Below, in pieces: positions 13,601 to 26,400 of a stretch of 64,000 bases of DNA. The DNA is from Bugula neritina. Its lineage: Eukaryota > Animalia > Bryozoa. The stretch covers positions 4,369,751 to 4,433,750 of the forward strand of contig OZ037773.1 of NCBI GenBank assembly GCA_964035545.1. The letters run 5' to 3'. The notes below the pieces were generated by a model. It saw only the letters and a list, made by a program, of their open reading frames with translations, had not been told where the DNA came from and ran no database searches. Both the position numbers and the translations under genes were made by a program. Each line of letters begins with the position of its first letter. Position 1 is the first letter of the stretch.

Positions 13601-15763
13601 TGTTTCATTTCATTAATGCAGATATTTAGATGCCTATATATTGTATATGGCAGATAATTCCTTGTATATAAGCATATAATATAAGCATGCTGCTTGTGCA
13701 AGCATCACTAGTGAGTTGCATATAAGCATATATAAGCATATTGTTTGTGTAAGCATCACTAGTGAGTTGCATATAAGCATATATAAGCATATTGTTTGTG
13801 TAAACACACAGATATTCATTTAGAGGGTATGATTTGCTTACAAAGAGAACGTTTATGGCGGTTGGACAAGATTCTGATTTGTACATCTGAGCTAAAACCC
13901 CGCACACGGCATTCACTGTGGTGAAGATGAATACCGAGAGGGTACACAACACTCGCACACGATTTCTACAAAGAGAGAAGTAACAGAGCTTGTTTTGTGT
14001 GCGTGTCATTGTATAACATGAAAATAGACAAATACATTACAGATAAGATAAGCTTGTTGGATTGTGAGCTGAAAATGAAATGTCATTTAGGACAAAAATA
14101 GTTGACACAGTATAACAACTCAATCAAGGTGATATGTCAGCATTAAAGACATCACCTGTCCACATCAAGCACAGATTACATAATACCTGATGATACTAAG
14201 TGCTACAAACAAAAACTACTGAACAGAAAAAGCGCGGTACATTGACAGTGCCTGGGTTCCGCAAAGTCTTAATGGCTGATCGACTATCCCCCTCCCTCTC
14301 TATAAACTGTAAGTATTTATTCTAGTGGCAATCCCCCAGAAAGCTGGCTAACAGTTTATAGGTGTAAAGAGACACTGGAAAATATTCGCTGGGGATTGTT
14401 TTAGTTGTGGGAGTTTGGCAACTGAGCATACATGTGTCCTATACATCAGAATAGCTGCCAAGAATGTATGACTAATTGAAGCCTACACACTTAGTGCGGA
14501 GTGATATATAACTAATGCAGCATACTATGAAATATGCTCTGTTGTAACTCTGATGTAATAAACAGAGAACGATACAGCAAAGAAGATCAGAATGTAGAGG
14601 TATTGTGAGGCAATATAAATTTGACAATTGACAGTATTTATCAAGAGAGAGAGAAAGCAGCCGTGGTCTAGGGGTTAGAGCGTTTGCCTAGTGAACACAA
14701 AGTCATGAGTTCGTAACGCAATAAAGGCCTTTGGTGAAGTTAGAAAGAGCATCCAGTCATAATTGCTCCTGTGCCTCATCTAAATAAGTCCTTAGCTAGC
14801 TTTAACAAAAACCCCTTCCATCAGGGGTTTTTTCACAGAGATGGTGACTATAAACTTGCGTGAGTATTTATCAATAGAGAAATGAAAAGCACAAAACAAG
14901 CTGTGACAATATTTTTTAATGTCAGCAAATCCAATTTAAAAAATTATACAAGTACCAAAAACTAAACTATCCCACGCATTAAGATAATTAACTCAGGAGA
15001 TAAAATCTGAATTCAATACTCACTTGTAGACTCGAGCTGATTGGGGATACTTTGCTTTTATGACAACCTAAAAGGAAACCAAAACCTAGCATTACATGTG
15101 AAGTCTCAAGACCACTGCAGATCTGTACTGCGTTGCAGTTTCATCTCAGTTAGACATCACTTTTACAGGAAGATGGAGACTAAAGCCAAAACTTGAACCC
15201 TGGAGGCAATAAATTTCTACATTACCTGAACCCAAACCTACCTGAGAGAAGAATTACCTGAGCTCACACTTACCTGAGAGAAGAATTACCTGAGCTCAGG
15301 CCTACCTGAAAGAAGAATTACCTGAGCCCACATTTACCTGAGAGAAAAAGGCCACAAGGAGAACCAGGGTGGTAAACTGCAGCACAACAGGGAGGGAGTA
15401 GAGGAGCCAGTTGGAGAAGGGATCTAGATTGTTGGCAATTATTACATCAGTGAAGTAGAAAGAGAAAAGAGTGACTCTAAGTGCAGCCCAAACTAAGCAT
15501 AAAAGCAGAAAGACTGTCTGGTAACTTCGCTTCTTATGTTTATAGTAGAGGATCATCCACAGCTGCACATAGACAAAGAGAAAGATCAGACTGAAGATTA
15601 CTATGCACGTTATTGTCAACCCCAATTGAGTGGCATAAGATAGTGATGGCCGTAAGGTAGGCATAGTGTTTACAGTTGCTCTAACTAGGTCTCCCTCCTT
15701 CAGTGGGCTGTCAATGTAGCTGTTCAGTTCAGAGGTATTCATGTGGCTTGAAAGTAAAGTCAT
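10622..15763 (-). CDS. GPR137: GPR137/GPR137B-like lysosomal integral membrane protein, 8 coding exons, ~416 aa
   Basis: Exons 15763-15338, 15067-15024, 13965-13842, 13362-13252, 12788-12630, 11471-11340, 11064-10949 and 10760-10622 join in frame (1251 nt). Family hallmarks: FVYVQLWMILYYKHKKRSYQTVFL, WAALR, RVAING, SRAVYN, WINVTDQADL, WEILPT and FFDNPRRYDSEEDL. The C-tail has a YGSI tyrosine-type sorting motif. Confidence 0.93.
13701..13802. repeat. 51-bp tandem duplication (GPR137 intron)
   Basis: agcatcactagtgagttgcatataagcatatataagcatattgtttgtgta occurs twice. Confidence 0.9.
14651..14865 (+). mobile_element. tRNA-derived SINE (family 1) with target-site duplication
   Basis: A-box-like TGGTCTAGGGG, B-box-like GAGTTCG, core GAGCATCCAGTCATAATTGCTCCTGTGC and tail GACTATAAACTTGCGTGAG. 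An 18-bp TSD AGTATTTATCAA(G/T)AGAGA lies at 14633-14650 and 14863-14880. Confidence 0.88.
15223..15350 (-). repeat. 16-bp (32-bp higher-order) tandem repeat of the GPR137 exon/intron junction, 8 units
   Basis: tacctga recurs at 15223, 15239, 15255, 15271, 15287, 15303, 15319 and 15335. Each reads TCAG|GTA on the minus strand. Confidence 0.9.
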
Positions 15764-18700
15764 GCCATGGAATTCTCAAGTCAGAGGAAATTTGATAAGA
15801 AGTCCTGCAGACGTAGGGATTGCCTGGATGCATTAATACTGTAACTTCTATACTGTCCACAACACCTGAAAGAGGAAGTTTGTTTTAGTATTAGAAAAGA
15901 AAATTCAAATTTATTTTACAAACAGAATAGATATATTATAAAATTATCATGTGTTTTTATTTTTACCACAAGATATCATAATTTTTCAACAAATCAACAA
16001 CTGAGTAATCTTGAGTAGTATATACCAATTGTTAAGGTAACATGCTTGCACATGATGGGAATTTCTTAAGTTCACATTGTATATTGCTTACTTTCAATTT
16101 ATGACACAATAAATAGCTATACCAGGAAGTGTATCATGCAGTGACAATTGAAATCAACTATAGCTGTATTCAATCTGATCAGGCGAGTAAGTCAAACTGA
16201 AAAGGTAAATTTCACACCGATGGCTATTAATAGTTCGAACATAATCTCTTCTAACAGTGACTCAACTACAGAAAAAGCGGATCACATGACTGCAAAGTAC
16301 ATTTATGTGTTTATGACTTTTGAAGATTTACTTGATTACTATACAATCACACTTGTAATGATAAAAAATTTAAAATGTACCAGGCAACAGCAATCATGAC
16401 GACGCATGAATAATATTAAAGGTGTGATGGGCTAACAGAAAAAAAGATACAATTAAATATTTACAAATATGACTATTAAACATAATTATGTTGGTGGTTT
16501 GCATATTTTAATATACATTAGTACAGTGCTAACAAACAATAAAAACTAAAGCAAAATCATTGAGCAAAAAAAAAAATTGAAATTATAATTTTTATAACAA
16601 TAATTCTATATCTAAAATCTATCATCTAGATATCACAGAGAGAATGCTATTCTTATATAATATTGATAATCTATAATTCACTTTCACTTTGATTATCACT
16701 ATGTAAATTAATGCAAATGCAAACACTGACTGGCTATAAATTACTATCACTGGCCTATAGATAATTTTTTTACTAATACTACGGATCACTATGCTTCTGC
16801 TTTGTGAGCGAGTCAAATTGAAATACTAATGAGACATAACGTCTGGGCATAGTGCTATGCCTACTATTTAGTTTATCATTACCTACATTTTAAAACTATA
16901 AGACCCTCACAAACATAAACCCAAACTCTTTTTAATAATAATTATTATAAGAAAATAGTTATAAAAGTGCATATATTTATATTAAGACTAACCAACTGTT
17001 AAAAATGAAATATCAAACAATTTCGACTAAAAATTACAGTTACCTGTACTGATAATCTAGTACTATTGGCAATACAATGCTTATACTACACTTTTACTAT
17101 TAAACTTAGTATTAATATTATTCACAAATACAGCCTAATGGCTCTAGATGCAACAACAACAGTACTCAGTCTCATATTGACATTGACATATTCAGTTAAG
17201 GTCAATTACAGAGCCATATCTCCACTTATACAACGCTTACAATACTTGTACTTATGAAGTTATATTTGTAATATTTTATTTTAATGCTTATTCTTAAAGT
17301 TTATACTTACATTTAGTTTCTAATAGTAATACTAATGTATCTAATAGTATCTAAGTCTAATGCTTATTATTATGCTAACTCTAATTTAGTAAAATTATCA
17401 GTATTATTATTACCATAAGTAAAAGATCACTACTAGTGATAATATTGCTTGTATTGGTATTACTAATGTTCATTAGATTTAGTATATTTCACTCCAAGTT
17501 TATGTTTTGTCATAATGAGAACTATTGCAATTTATTAAAGTTGATGTAGCATTTTAAAATGCAAATATATGCCTTCAATATCACTATAAACATTAACTTT
17601 AGGTTTAAAAAAGTGATAGCAATAAGTTACAAGTACATAGCCATAGTAATAGTCAGGTTACTATCATTTTGCACACTGGTTGTTTCGAACACAGAATGGT
17701 CGTTTCTTACACAAAATTAATAACAATAATAAATTATTCCACTGGATTGCTTTCGAATGATACTAGTTTACTTATCTATTGGTTTCCAGCTCTCCCTCTC
17801 AGATGTTTTTGAAACAGAAAAAAAAACTCAACCATGTGCTGCCATTTACTGGTCATTAACAATATCTACACCAAAAGAGCAGTTCCCCCTAACATCTACA
17901 TAACATAATGTGCAATGAAACGTGCAAGTTACTTATAAGCAGTACTGTATGACTCATACATCAAATAGCCTAAATAAATATCAAAAATATGTATTTTAGT
18001 TAATTTATATTGATGCGGATGCAACGACCAGAAAAAGTGGGTACAAAACGGCTTCTCTATAAATTATAAAATGACCTGCACCCATAATAGTTACAGTAAA
18101 ATGATAGTGACACTTATGATACTGATAGTACATACTTATAGTTTGAGCAACGTTGAGTCAGTAAGTGAGTATGACTATGAATGTTATCATGAGTATCAGT
18201 ATGACCATCACTATGAGTAACCTCATGAGTATGACTATCACAATGATACATGATCATGAGTTAGTGATGAATATCACTATCAAACTCAGTATCAGATTTA
18301 CTTTTAGCACGAGTATCACTATGAGTGTGATTATAAGTATGAATAGCAAATTTAATATCTAATTCCATAGGCATATAAAATACTAATATTAATATATGAA
18401 TATTAACATTATAAATTTATTAATATTATATTTTATTATTTAATTTAAAAATTATTAATCATTATTACTTATACTTATAGTATTACTATTAGTAATAATC
18501 ACACTCACAGTCATAGTGTCATACTCATATTGATATTGATACTGTATTACTATTAGTATTTCTAATACTAATACTAATAGTAATAGTAGTTTACAGTTAG
18601 ACTCAAGACTAAGTTAAGTCTTAAGAGTTAGTGTTACAACTAATACTACAAGTACAAGCATGAGACATTCACATGCCCATGGTCATGGTGATCATTAATT

Positions 18701-19593
18701 ACTATATAGTACAATTATATAGATTGAGAGACAAGTCCATTAAACTAAAAACTCGTTGGCAGCAAATATTGACTGTCAGTACAGGTGGCCTGTACTTCGC
18801 TTTAGCTTTTATTAGGAGTTCTAGATTTTTATTCAAATAAAAATCAAATAAGTAGACCTAATTCTCAAAAAAAAACAACTTATAATCTGCGGGAGCATAG
18901 GTTAGTCGCACAAGCATTGGAACGAGCTTTTACCAACTGAACTAATAGGAAGATATTCCAATAAATGGTATTGTAAACAGCCCCAACCTGGAGGTGAACG
19001 AGTGCAGTGTTTTACAGTTCTTAAGTTTAAAGTTGGGTGCTCAGAATTGCAATCCAAAGTATTCAAGCTAAATTTCAAGAAACTGAAGCTATTACACTCG
19101 GTCATCCCTAACTTGGCGCCGCTTATAGTTGGTATAAACTTCGTATGACGCACTGATATTCCATTTCAGTGGTACGATGAGCATTTTAAACAAGAGATAA
19201 CTAGAAGCAGCACATAGTTTAAAGCCACTGCGTTCAAAATTTGTAGGCATAATTGCTAGCTAAACTCTAGACCCTGAACTTCAGAATTCAGTGACACTAA
19301 GCTTTATGCTGCATCAGACGAATTGTTCCTAAAAATTTAATATACTGTCATAAAACATTACAGTTCTGTTTTCTACTTTAAGTTTTGTTTTGTTTTCTAA
19401 CAAAATAAAATAATAATAATCTAATATAAAAAAGTTATTTGGTGCCAATTATAAAATAATTTGTGTTTGGGCTCTGTTGCGTAAACAATGGTCAGGTCAA
19501 GGTCATTGTGCAGCATTTGTGTTACAGCTCGAACTTAAGGGACTCGTGAATGCTGCAGTGCAGCTTTCTAGGGTACAAACTACAACAGCCAAA

Positions 19594-22500
19594 ATGTATT
19601 ACGGTGCAATACAGATATGTGGAGAAAGAGTAGGAACTTCAGAAACCAAGGAGTTTTGTGAGGCGCTGGACGCGCATAAAATTAAAATGTTATCTCTTAG
19701 AGAATGTGGTATATCGACAAAAAACTTTAAAAAGCTTATGGATTCAACTGGCTATTGTAAATCAATTTTGCACATGAATATGAATCTTTGTGGTATACAT
19801 TGTCAAGACAGAGTTGATATGTTGGCAGCTGCATTAAATATGAACAGATCTCTATCAGCTTTATTGTAAGACTTGGTCATTATACTTGAAATGTTCGTTA
19901 TAAAATAATAATTTAAATTGGAATGCTATTTATTATATGAATTTATACTACTAATAGTAATATAATATTATTACATATGGTGTAGAACTAGAAGTAAGTA
20001 ACACTTTAAGTTTATGGTCTTAAAGATTTACTAGTTTGTTTTCGTGAATTTAATTTATTTCATAATTTTACCTCATGCAATAATCATAATGATAATATAT
20101 ACTATTACTTATAGCATTGGATAATTGTCACCATGATCACAATTATTAATCGTAGTGATTTTGTTGTTGATGATTATGATCAGAATTAGTTACTGATCAT
20201 TAAACTTGTCTGTAAACTGCTGATACTATGAGTATGTTATTTTATATTAAAATTATATTGCAGCATGTAGACTGATGTTGAGCATATTCATTTGCAATAT
20301 TGATTTTGTTAGTATTTTTTAAGAAGATGGTTGTAGGTGTAAATTCATGACGTAATGTAATTATTTTGTAATTTAGTTCATAGAGTTTTTATTTTTGCTA
20401 GCTTCAAAATTTGCTACCCTTGTTTACCTATCAAAATGAGATTATATTTATTGTGAACTGAAATATTGTAAATTATTTGGATAAATACATTAACTTCTTC
20501 TAATGGAAATACTAATAATTATAACAGTAATACTTACACAGCTATGATAGTACTCATACCATTAGGGCCTACTAATACTTACAAGTTATATAGCTATATT
20601 TTTTACTTTTACTAACTTCAAGGTTAACACTTTTAACTACAATAATACTATTTCAGGATGTTGACTTTGTATCTGAATAATAAATAGGATTATTTTTTGT
20701 GTCTACGATAAATGGATAGTATGAAACTAAAGTAATAATTCTAGTATACTTTTAATACATAGAGTACTGTCTGTGATTGAATCAGCATAATTTAATATAA
20801 ATGTGATTTATTTAATAGATTACATGGGAACCACTTTGGTACAGAAGGACTGTTAAAAATTGTTCGTCCACTGATTTTACATCCCACCATTACATGTCTA
20901 GATGTAGGCGATTGTGATATTAGTGACCGAGGTCTGAAAAGTATTTGTGAGTTGCTTCCCCCTGATGGGGATAAGCCAGGCAAGTTTATATCTGTTATAC
21001 CAGGTCTTGTATTTTTGAAGTCCTAGTAAAAATGTTCATATATCATGCATTGGACTAATGGGCCACTAACATACCTGCTAAAATCATTAAACTTTATATT
21101 GCATTCATCGGCACTTTTTTGTTTATTCATTTATGGTTCTGCTCAACCTTTTTTTGTTTTATTTTTTTAATTTACATTCTTGTGTATATATTTTCTACTC
21201 TACCATTGCTTATAAAGTATTCGCTTACATAGTTTTAGCTCATGAAACAGACCAGTTTTCTGTCTAGTATAACATAACTTTTGAAGTTGAAATTAAACTG
21301 TCCATACTAGTTAGTATTTTTGTCTTTGGTTCTGAAATGAATTTTAAGCTATCTGCTTTCTAACAAAATTGTCTGAAGCCAAAAGCTCATAAAAACCTAA
21401 AATAAAAATATTATCCAACTTTTTAAAGTCTGTCTACTGCAACTAATTAATTCATAGTATTTTCACCAAACTTAAAAATTTTTTAAAGTTGCTGAATTAT
21501 ATAAGTTATAGCTTCATATTTTGCATATTATTGCTTTATTTGATATCTTCCTGTGATTTCAGGGCTGCAAGAATTGGTGCTGAGTGGGAATCCCAAGATT
21601 ACGTCCAGAGCGTGGGAGAAGTTCTCAGTGGCCCTGGCAGCCTGCTCCACTCTCCGCTCCTTGTACATCGACTTCAATAACATCGGAGAAGCTGCCGGAA
21701 AGATGCTTATAGTTGTTGCTGCTAGCCACAAATCTTTAAGTGTGTTAGACATGGAGGCTTGTGACATCACAGAGTGTGTGGCCAGGGTGAGATGATTATG
21801 TCATTTCCTTTTTGCAGGTGTTCAGCATTTTGTCACTTTTTATATTGAAGGGTTCAAATTTATTGAATGTACCTAATCTATGATAGCAAGTTGTATTCCG
21901 GATACCTTTTTCGAATTTTTTGCATTTATGCTGTAGGACATATTTCTTCTATGCGCACAATCTGTCCTAGCAATGAGATGTGTATTGAAGCTTTTAGCTG
22001 AGGAGAATTTGTTTTAGTCACAGTTGACATTAATTTTTTTTCAGCAGTTCCATTATTATTGTGAGTGAACTTCTACTAAGGTTGTACACGAATTGCTGTA
22101 ATTGTTGTTTTTAATCTAACCGATAATTAAACTTCGCTACTGTTTATGATTATGAGTGACTTGACACCATTTATTATTGTAATAAATGTCAGATTTCCTG
22201 ACCAAATTAATGAGCAGCTGTATAATAAGGACAGCCTTCTAGTTGGTTCAAAGACCTTGTAATTTGTGTTCTCAAAATCAATGCTCAATTATTTACCTAA
22301 ACTGTAAGGTACTATCAACTATACGTGAATAATGTGTTTTATGAAGGCAAGATGAATATATTGTGGCTATAGCATACCTCTGAAATTATCAGATATGTTT
22401 TATCTCAAACATTTTAAAGTTCTCTAGTCTGTTTATATATTGATTGACTAAATTTATATTGAAGATTCTGTTCAAATATAATGGGCACTCTATAATACAG

Positions 22501-22991
22501 TGCTCCCTGCATATCTCACGAAGCTGTGAGTCCAAAAAACCTCAATCCGTGATACAGTAGAACACCAGATTTCACTCACGGATGTTGAATTCAGCCATTT
22601 TGTCTCTATACACTCATACATACAGGGGTCCAAGCCTTTCTCATGACCTATGGGATTTGTTGAGAACTGGAACACTGAGATATGGAGGGAGCGTTGTATA
22701 TAAAAATAATATTGAAAAAAGAGACATTATATCCATCATATATTGCCTATATCATATCAGCTTATACTTTGTAGTGAGGTTTTTTTTATACCAGTTTGCA
22801 CTATATTCATATTGCTGCTACTTTTCCAGCTGCTACTCTACCTGCTACATCACTATCCTACCTGTCTGAGTCATGTTCTGCTGGAGGAGAATGACATCTG
22901 CGAGGAAACTAAGTACGCCATTAGAATAGCTCTGGGAGAGTCCGAGAGTGATAGCTCATCTTCTGATGATGGAGCTTGTGAACTCAAGTAA
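19594..22991 (+). CDS. LRRC73: Leucine-rich repeat-containing protein 73 (core, 4 exons, 272 aa if it ends at TAA 22991)
   Basis: Exons 19594-19865, 20819-20979 (GC donor), 21563-21786 and 22830-22991. Translation MYYGAIQICGE...MLSLRECGI...NRSLSALLLHGN...LDVGDCDISD...LLPPDGDKPGLQELVLSGNPKIT...YPTCLSHVLLEENDI is colinear with LRRC73 as I recall it (IQISGE, LLSLRGC, LHGSP, LDLGDC, LLPPDGAKSGLKEL, YPTAL). Confidence 0.9.
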
Positions 22992-23453
22992 GTCTTGGTA
23001 TACAGGCTATGCTTTATAACACAGGCTAGACCTCACTAAGGTGTTTTAACATGCATTCAGTATATATAATATTTAACTTTGTGACAGGAATAGTAACTGT
23101 AGACCCTCACGGTTTTTATATTTTTTTATCATTGTCTTGTATTAAAAAAGCCTGTTTTGAAACATGTGTTACAGGTCTTGCTCAGTTTTATGGCTATAAA
23201 ATTACCAAATCAGATTTTAGTTTGAATCTAGTAGTTTGGATATTGGATTCGAATATTGAATACTTATATAATATATTCAGTTTAGTACATAATATTTTCG
23301 TTAAATTTTTATTTAGAAAAACACATTTTTGTGTAATAATTGTTGAAAATGTAACAAATTTTATGCAATAAGTTCTGTTTTGTTTTATTTATTTCTGCTC
23401 TAGCTAGGCTACAAAAGCAGGAGCTAATTGAATTGCTAAATATTATTCTTTAG

Positions 23454-26400
23454 AACGCCCGAGTGCCCTCCTAAAAAGGAACGCAAATCTCGAAGGCGAG
23501 TTAAGAAAGCAGACATTTGCAGTTCAGACGAAGAGGAAGTTGCTTGTGTGGAGGTCAAGCCAGTAAGTGAATCTTCAGACAGTATGTTTAAGAGTTGCTA
23601 TTTGGCAGTTGGTACATTTGAAAGTTGTTTTTGTTGTGTTAATTTGGCCGGAAATGGTTGAGTAATTTGTGAATGAAACTTGTATGAAAGACAACTTACT
23701 GTGCTTCCAGAGGTCGGCCAATCAAACTTGTATAATCAAGAAGAAATGCTTCACCCCCACGAGTAGCGTTTGCACGACCAGCACTAAAGATATTTGTGGT
23801 AAGATTTCCTGTTGAAGTCAATTTATTTAAATTTTCCACTGAATTGCACAAAAACGGACACATTTTGCAATCCCTTACTTTGTGCATTCTCAAAACTAGT
23901 AGGTTTTGCTTATTCTTTGCGCTTTAATGTTTTATGAAAATGATGAAAAGACTTTCAACAGGGGCCGCTGCACTAGGGTTTGATTATATTGCATGTGTGT
24001 ACTTTTTTAAAATTTAAACCTATATATCCTGAATTATTACTTTATTTTCCAAGAAGTTTTTTCAATGTTTGTACATATCTACTAATTCTAACTTTTTTGT
24101 ATATTTCACTTAATAAAATGTTATGATGTGGCAAATCAACTCACTACACGCACGGCGTATTTAATGATTATTTTTATTTCCAGTTGGAACAACGAAGCGC
24201 AGCTCTCTGAAGTCTTCCAACAGATGTACCGACTCCTCAGAGGTTGAAGTGGCCAAACTAAAGGTTTGTAGCAGTTCTACTCTTTACTGACAGTGTGACT
24301 ATTTAACTGACTATTTACTCTTTACTGACTCTCACTATAACTGACTATTATGCTCTTTACTGGCAGTGTGAGTGTAGCTGACTATGCTACTCATTACTGA
24401 CAGTGTGAGTATAACTGACTATTGTACTCATTACTGATTTTTCATAATATTTTTCATGTACTCCATGTTAACTGTGGCTGTTAGAGAGCCGCTATTGTGT
24501 AACGTTTAAAGCACCGGTCTAGTAAAAACCAACTCAGTGGTTCAAGTTCAAACAACGGTGGTGATGTTGGGAAGAGCATCCAGTCATAATTGCTCCTGTG
24601 CTACATTAGAATAAGTCCTTAGCCCACTCTAACAAAAACCCTTTCCATCAGTATTCTCACAGGGATGGGGACTATAAACTTGTGTGATGTTTTTAATGTC
24701 CGACTCTTATTCCTATCTGTAGATGGTTGTCATATCTGAAGTGATCTCAGTGAGCATTTCAAGATTCTCTCATAGCTTAAAACTTTGCGTCTTATTTACT
24801 GATTTTCAAATTTGGTTACTTTTATCATATTTTATGCCTCGATTTCAACCTCGACCTTTTTAGATTCAACTCGAAGAAACGTCCGACAGTGAAGGTGACA
24901 TTCTGGCCGAGAGCAACAACCTGGATGTAACTTACGAGTTTAAAGCCGATGATATCAGGTTTGATTTTTCTCAGAAACCTATTAGTCCCAGTCTAGTATT
25001 TGATGATCCCGAGTTAGAACACGAGTATCAGACACTCATAGCTGACTCTGACGAAGAGGTGTTACCTCCGGCATTCTTCGAGAGTGACGGCAGCGATGTC
25101 GAAGACATTCTGCCGCAAGAAGCTCAGTCGGATGAATTTAAATCGTCTCGGGATTTCATACGTACAATGTCAGACAGTGAAGATTCATTATCTGAACTAG
25201 ATTTGACTAAAAAAAAGGCGTCTAGTCTGTTTGGCAGACGTAGCATATACTAGCAGACATCTCGGCAGATGTAGCATATACTAGCAGCCGTAACATATAC
25301 TAGCAGACGTTATGGCAGACGCAGCATATACTAGCAGACAAATTATATACTAGCAGATGTAGTATATACTAGCAGACATCTTGGCAGACGTAGCATTTAC
25401 TAGGCGGCGTAGTATATGCTAGCAGACATTATACGGACTTACTAACTTAAGAATACCTATAGTAGGCAATGTTATACAGCTTGGGTCAGAGGTATTTGCC
25501 ATGTTTCTGTATTATAGCAATGTACAGGAAGTTTTTTTTTGGAAAATCACTATCACTTGCGTAAGTCCCCGAGGACGAGATCTGCTGATCTGTAGGTCCT
25601 ACACCACTGACACTGCACTGATGGCTGTTAAAGTGTTATAGTTAATAGGTCATTAGTCAGTCTGTTTAAATGTAAGTCCCACAGTTTTATAACTATAGAG
25701 TTAGTAGTGGTTAGAAACCTTTCAGGCTATACTGTGCTTTTTTATCGTTTGCTGTGAGTAAATATTTCATCATTTTAGCTCTGATTTCGTCTCTAAAGCT
25801 GTGAATCTCATTGTTGTTTTTTTCTTATATAGATATAAGGTTTACGTTTAATTTATATTTCAAATTTTAAGTTTACAATTATGATATTGTCTTCCTAAAT
25901 CAAACTGATGCATTAGATTTACAAACTATTTCACTTTGAAATATCATTTAAAATGTAATCTAAGTCATTCTGGTCTACAGTATTTTAACTTATCTTTTTA
26001 ATTTATTTAATATATTTTGTTATAATCGATTGAATATGTAAAGGAAAATGCGTTTTGCTTATTATATTTTGATATTTCTGTTATCTATAGTTAGTATTTT
26101 TATTTTTATATTTTTTTGTAAATTTGATGCATAGGAATGTTTTATTTTAGCTGATTGATATATCAATTTTCTATTTTTCTCATTGAAACATAGTAATAAA
26201 GTATTTAGTATTATGTAACCAATTTTTAAAATTGCTGTAAAATAGTCAAGCCAAATTTATTTTTTCAATAAATCTTTTTCTTATACGCTAATTTTTTATT
26301 TTGTTTTCATATTTATCTTTTGCCGTCATTTTCTAACTTTCCATAATCGGTGCTCATTTTTTCTGACCTAGCTCAGTCTTCTATCTCGAGTTTGTTGCTT

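Noticed and set aside
25233-25430. Regularly spaced repeats superficially like a CRISPR array
   Set aside because: The context is eukaryotic, there are no unique spacers and no cas genes; it is an ordinary minisatellite.
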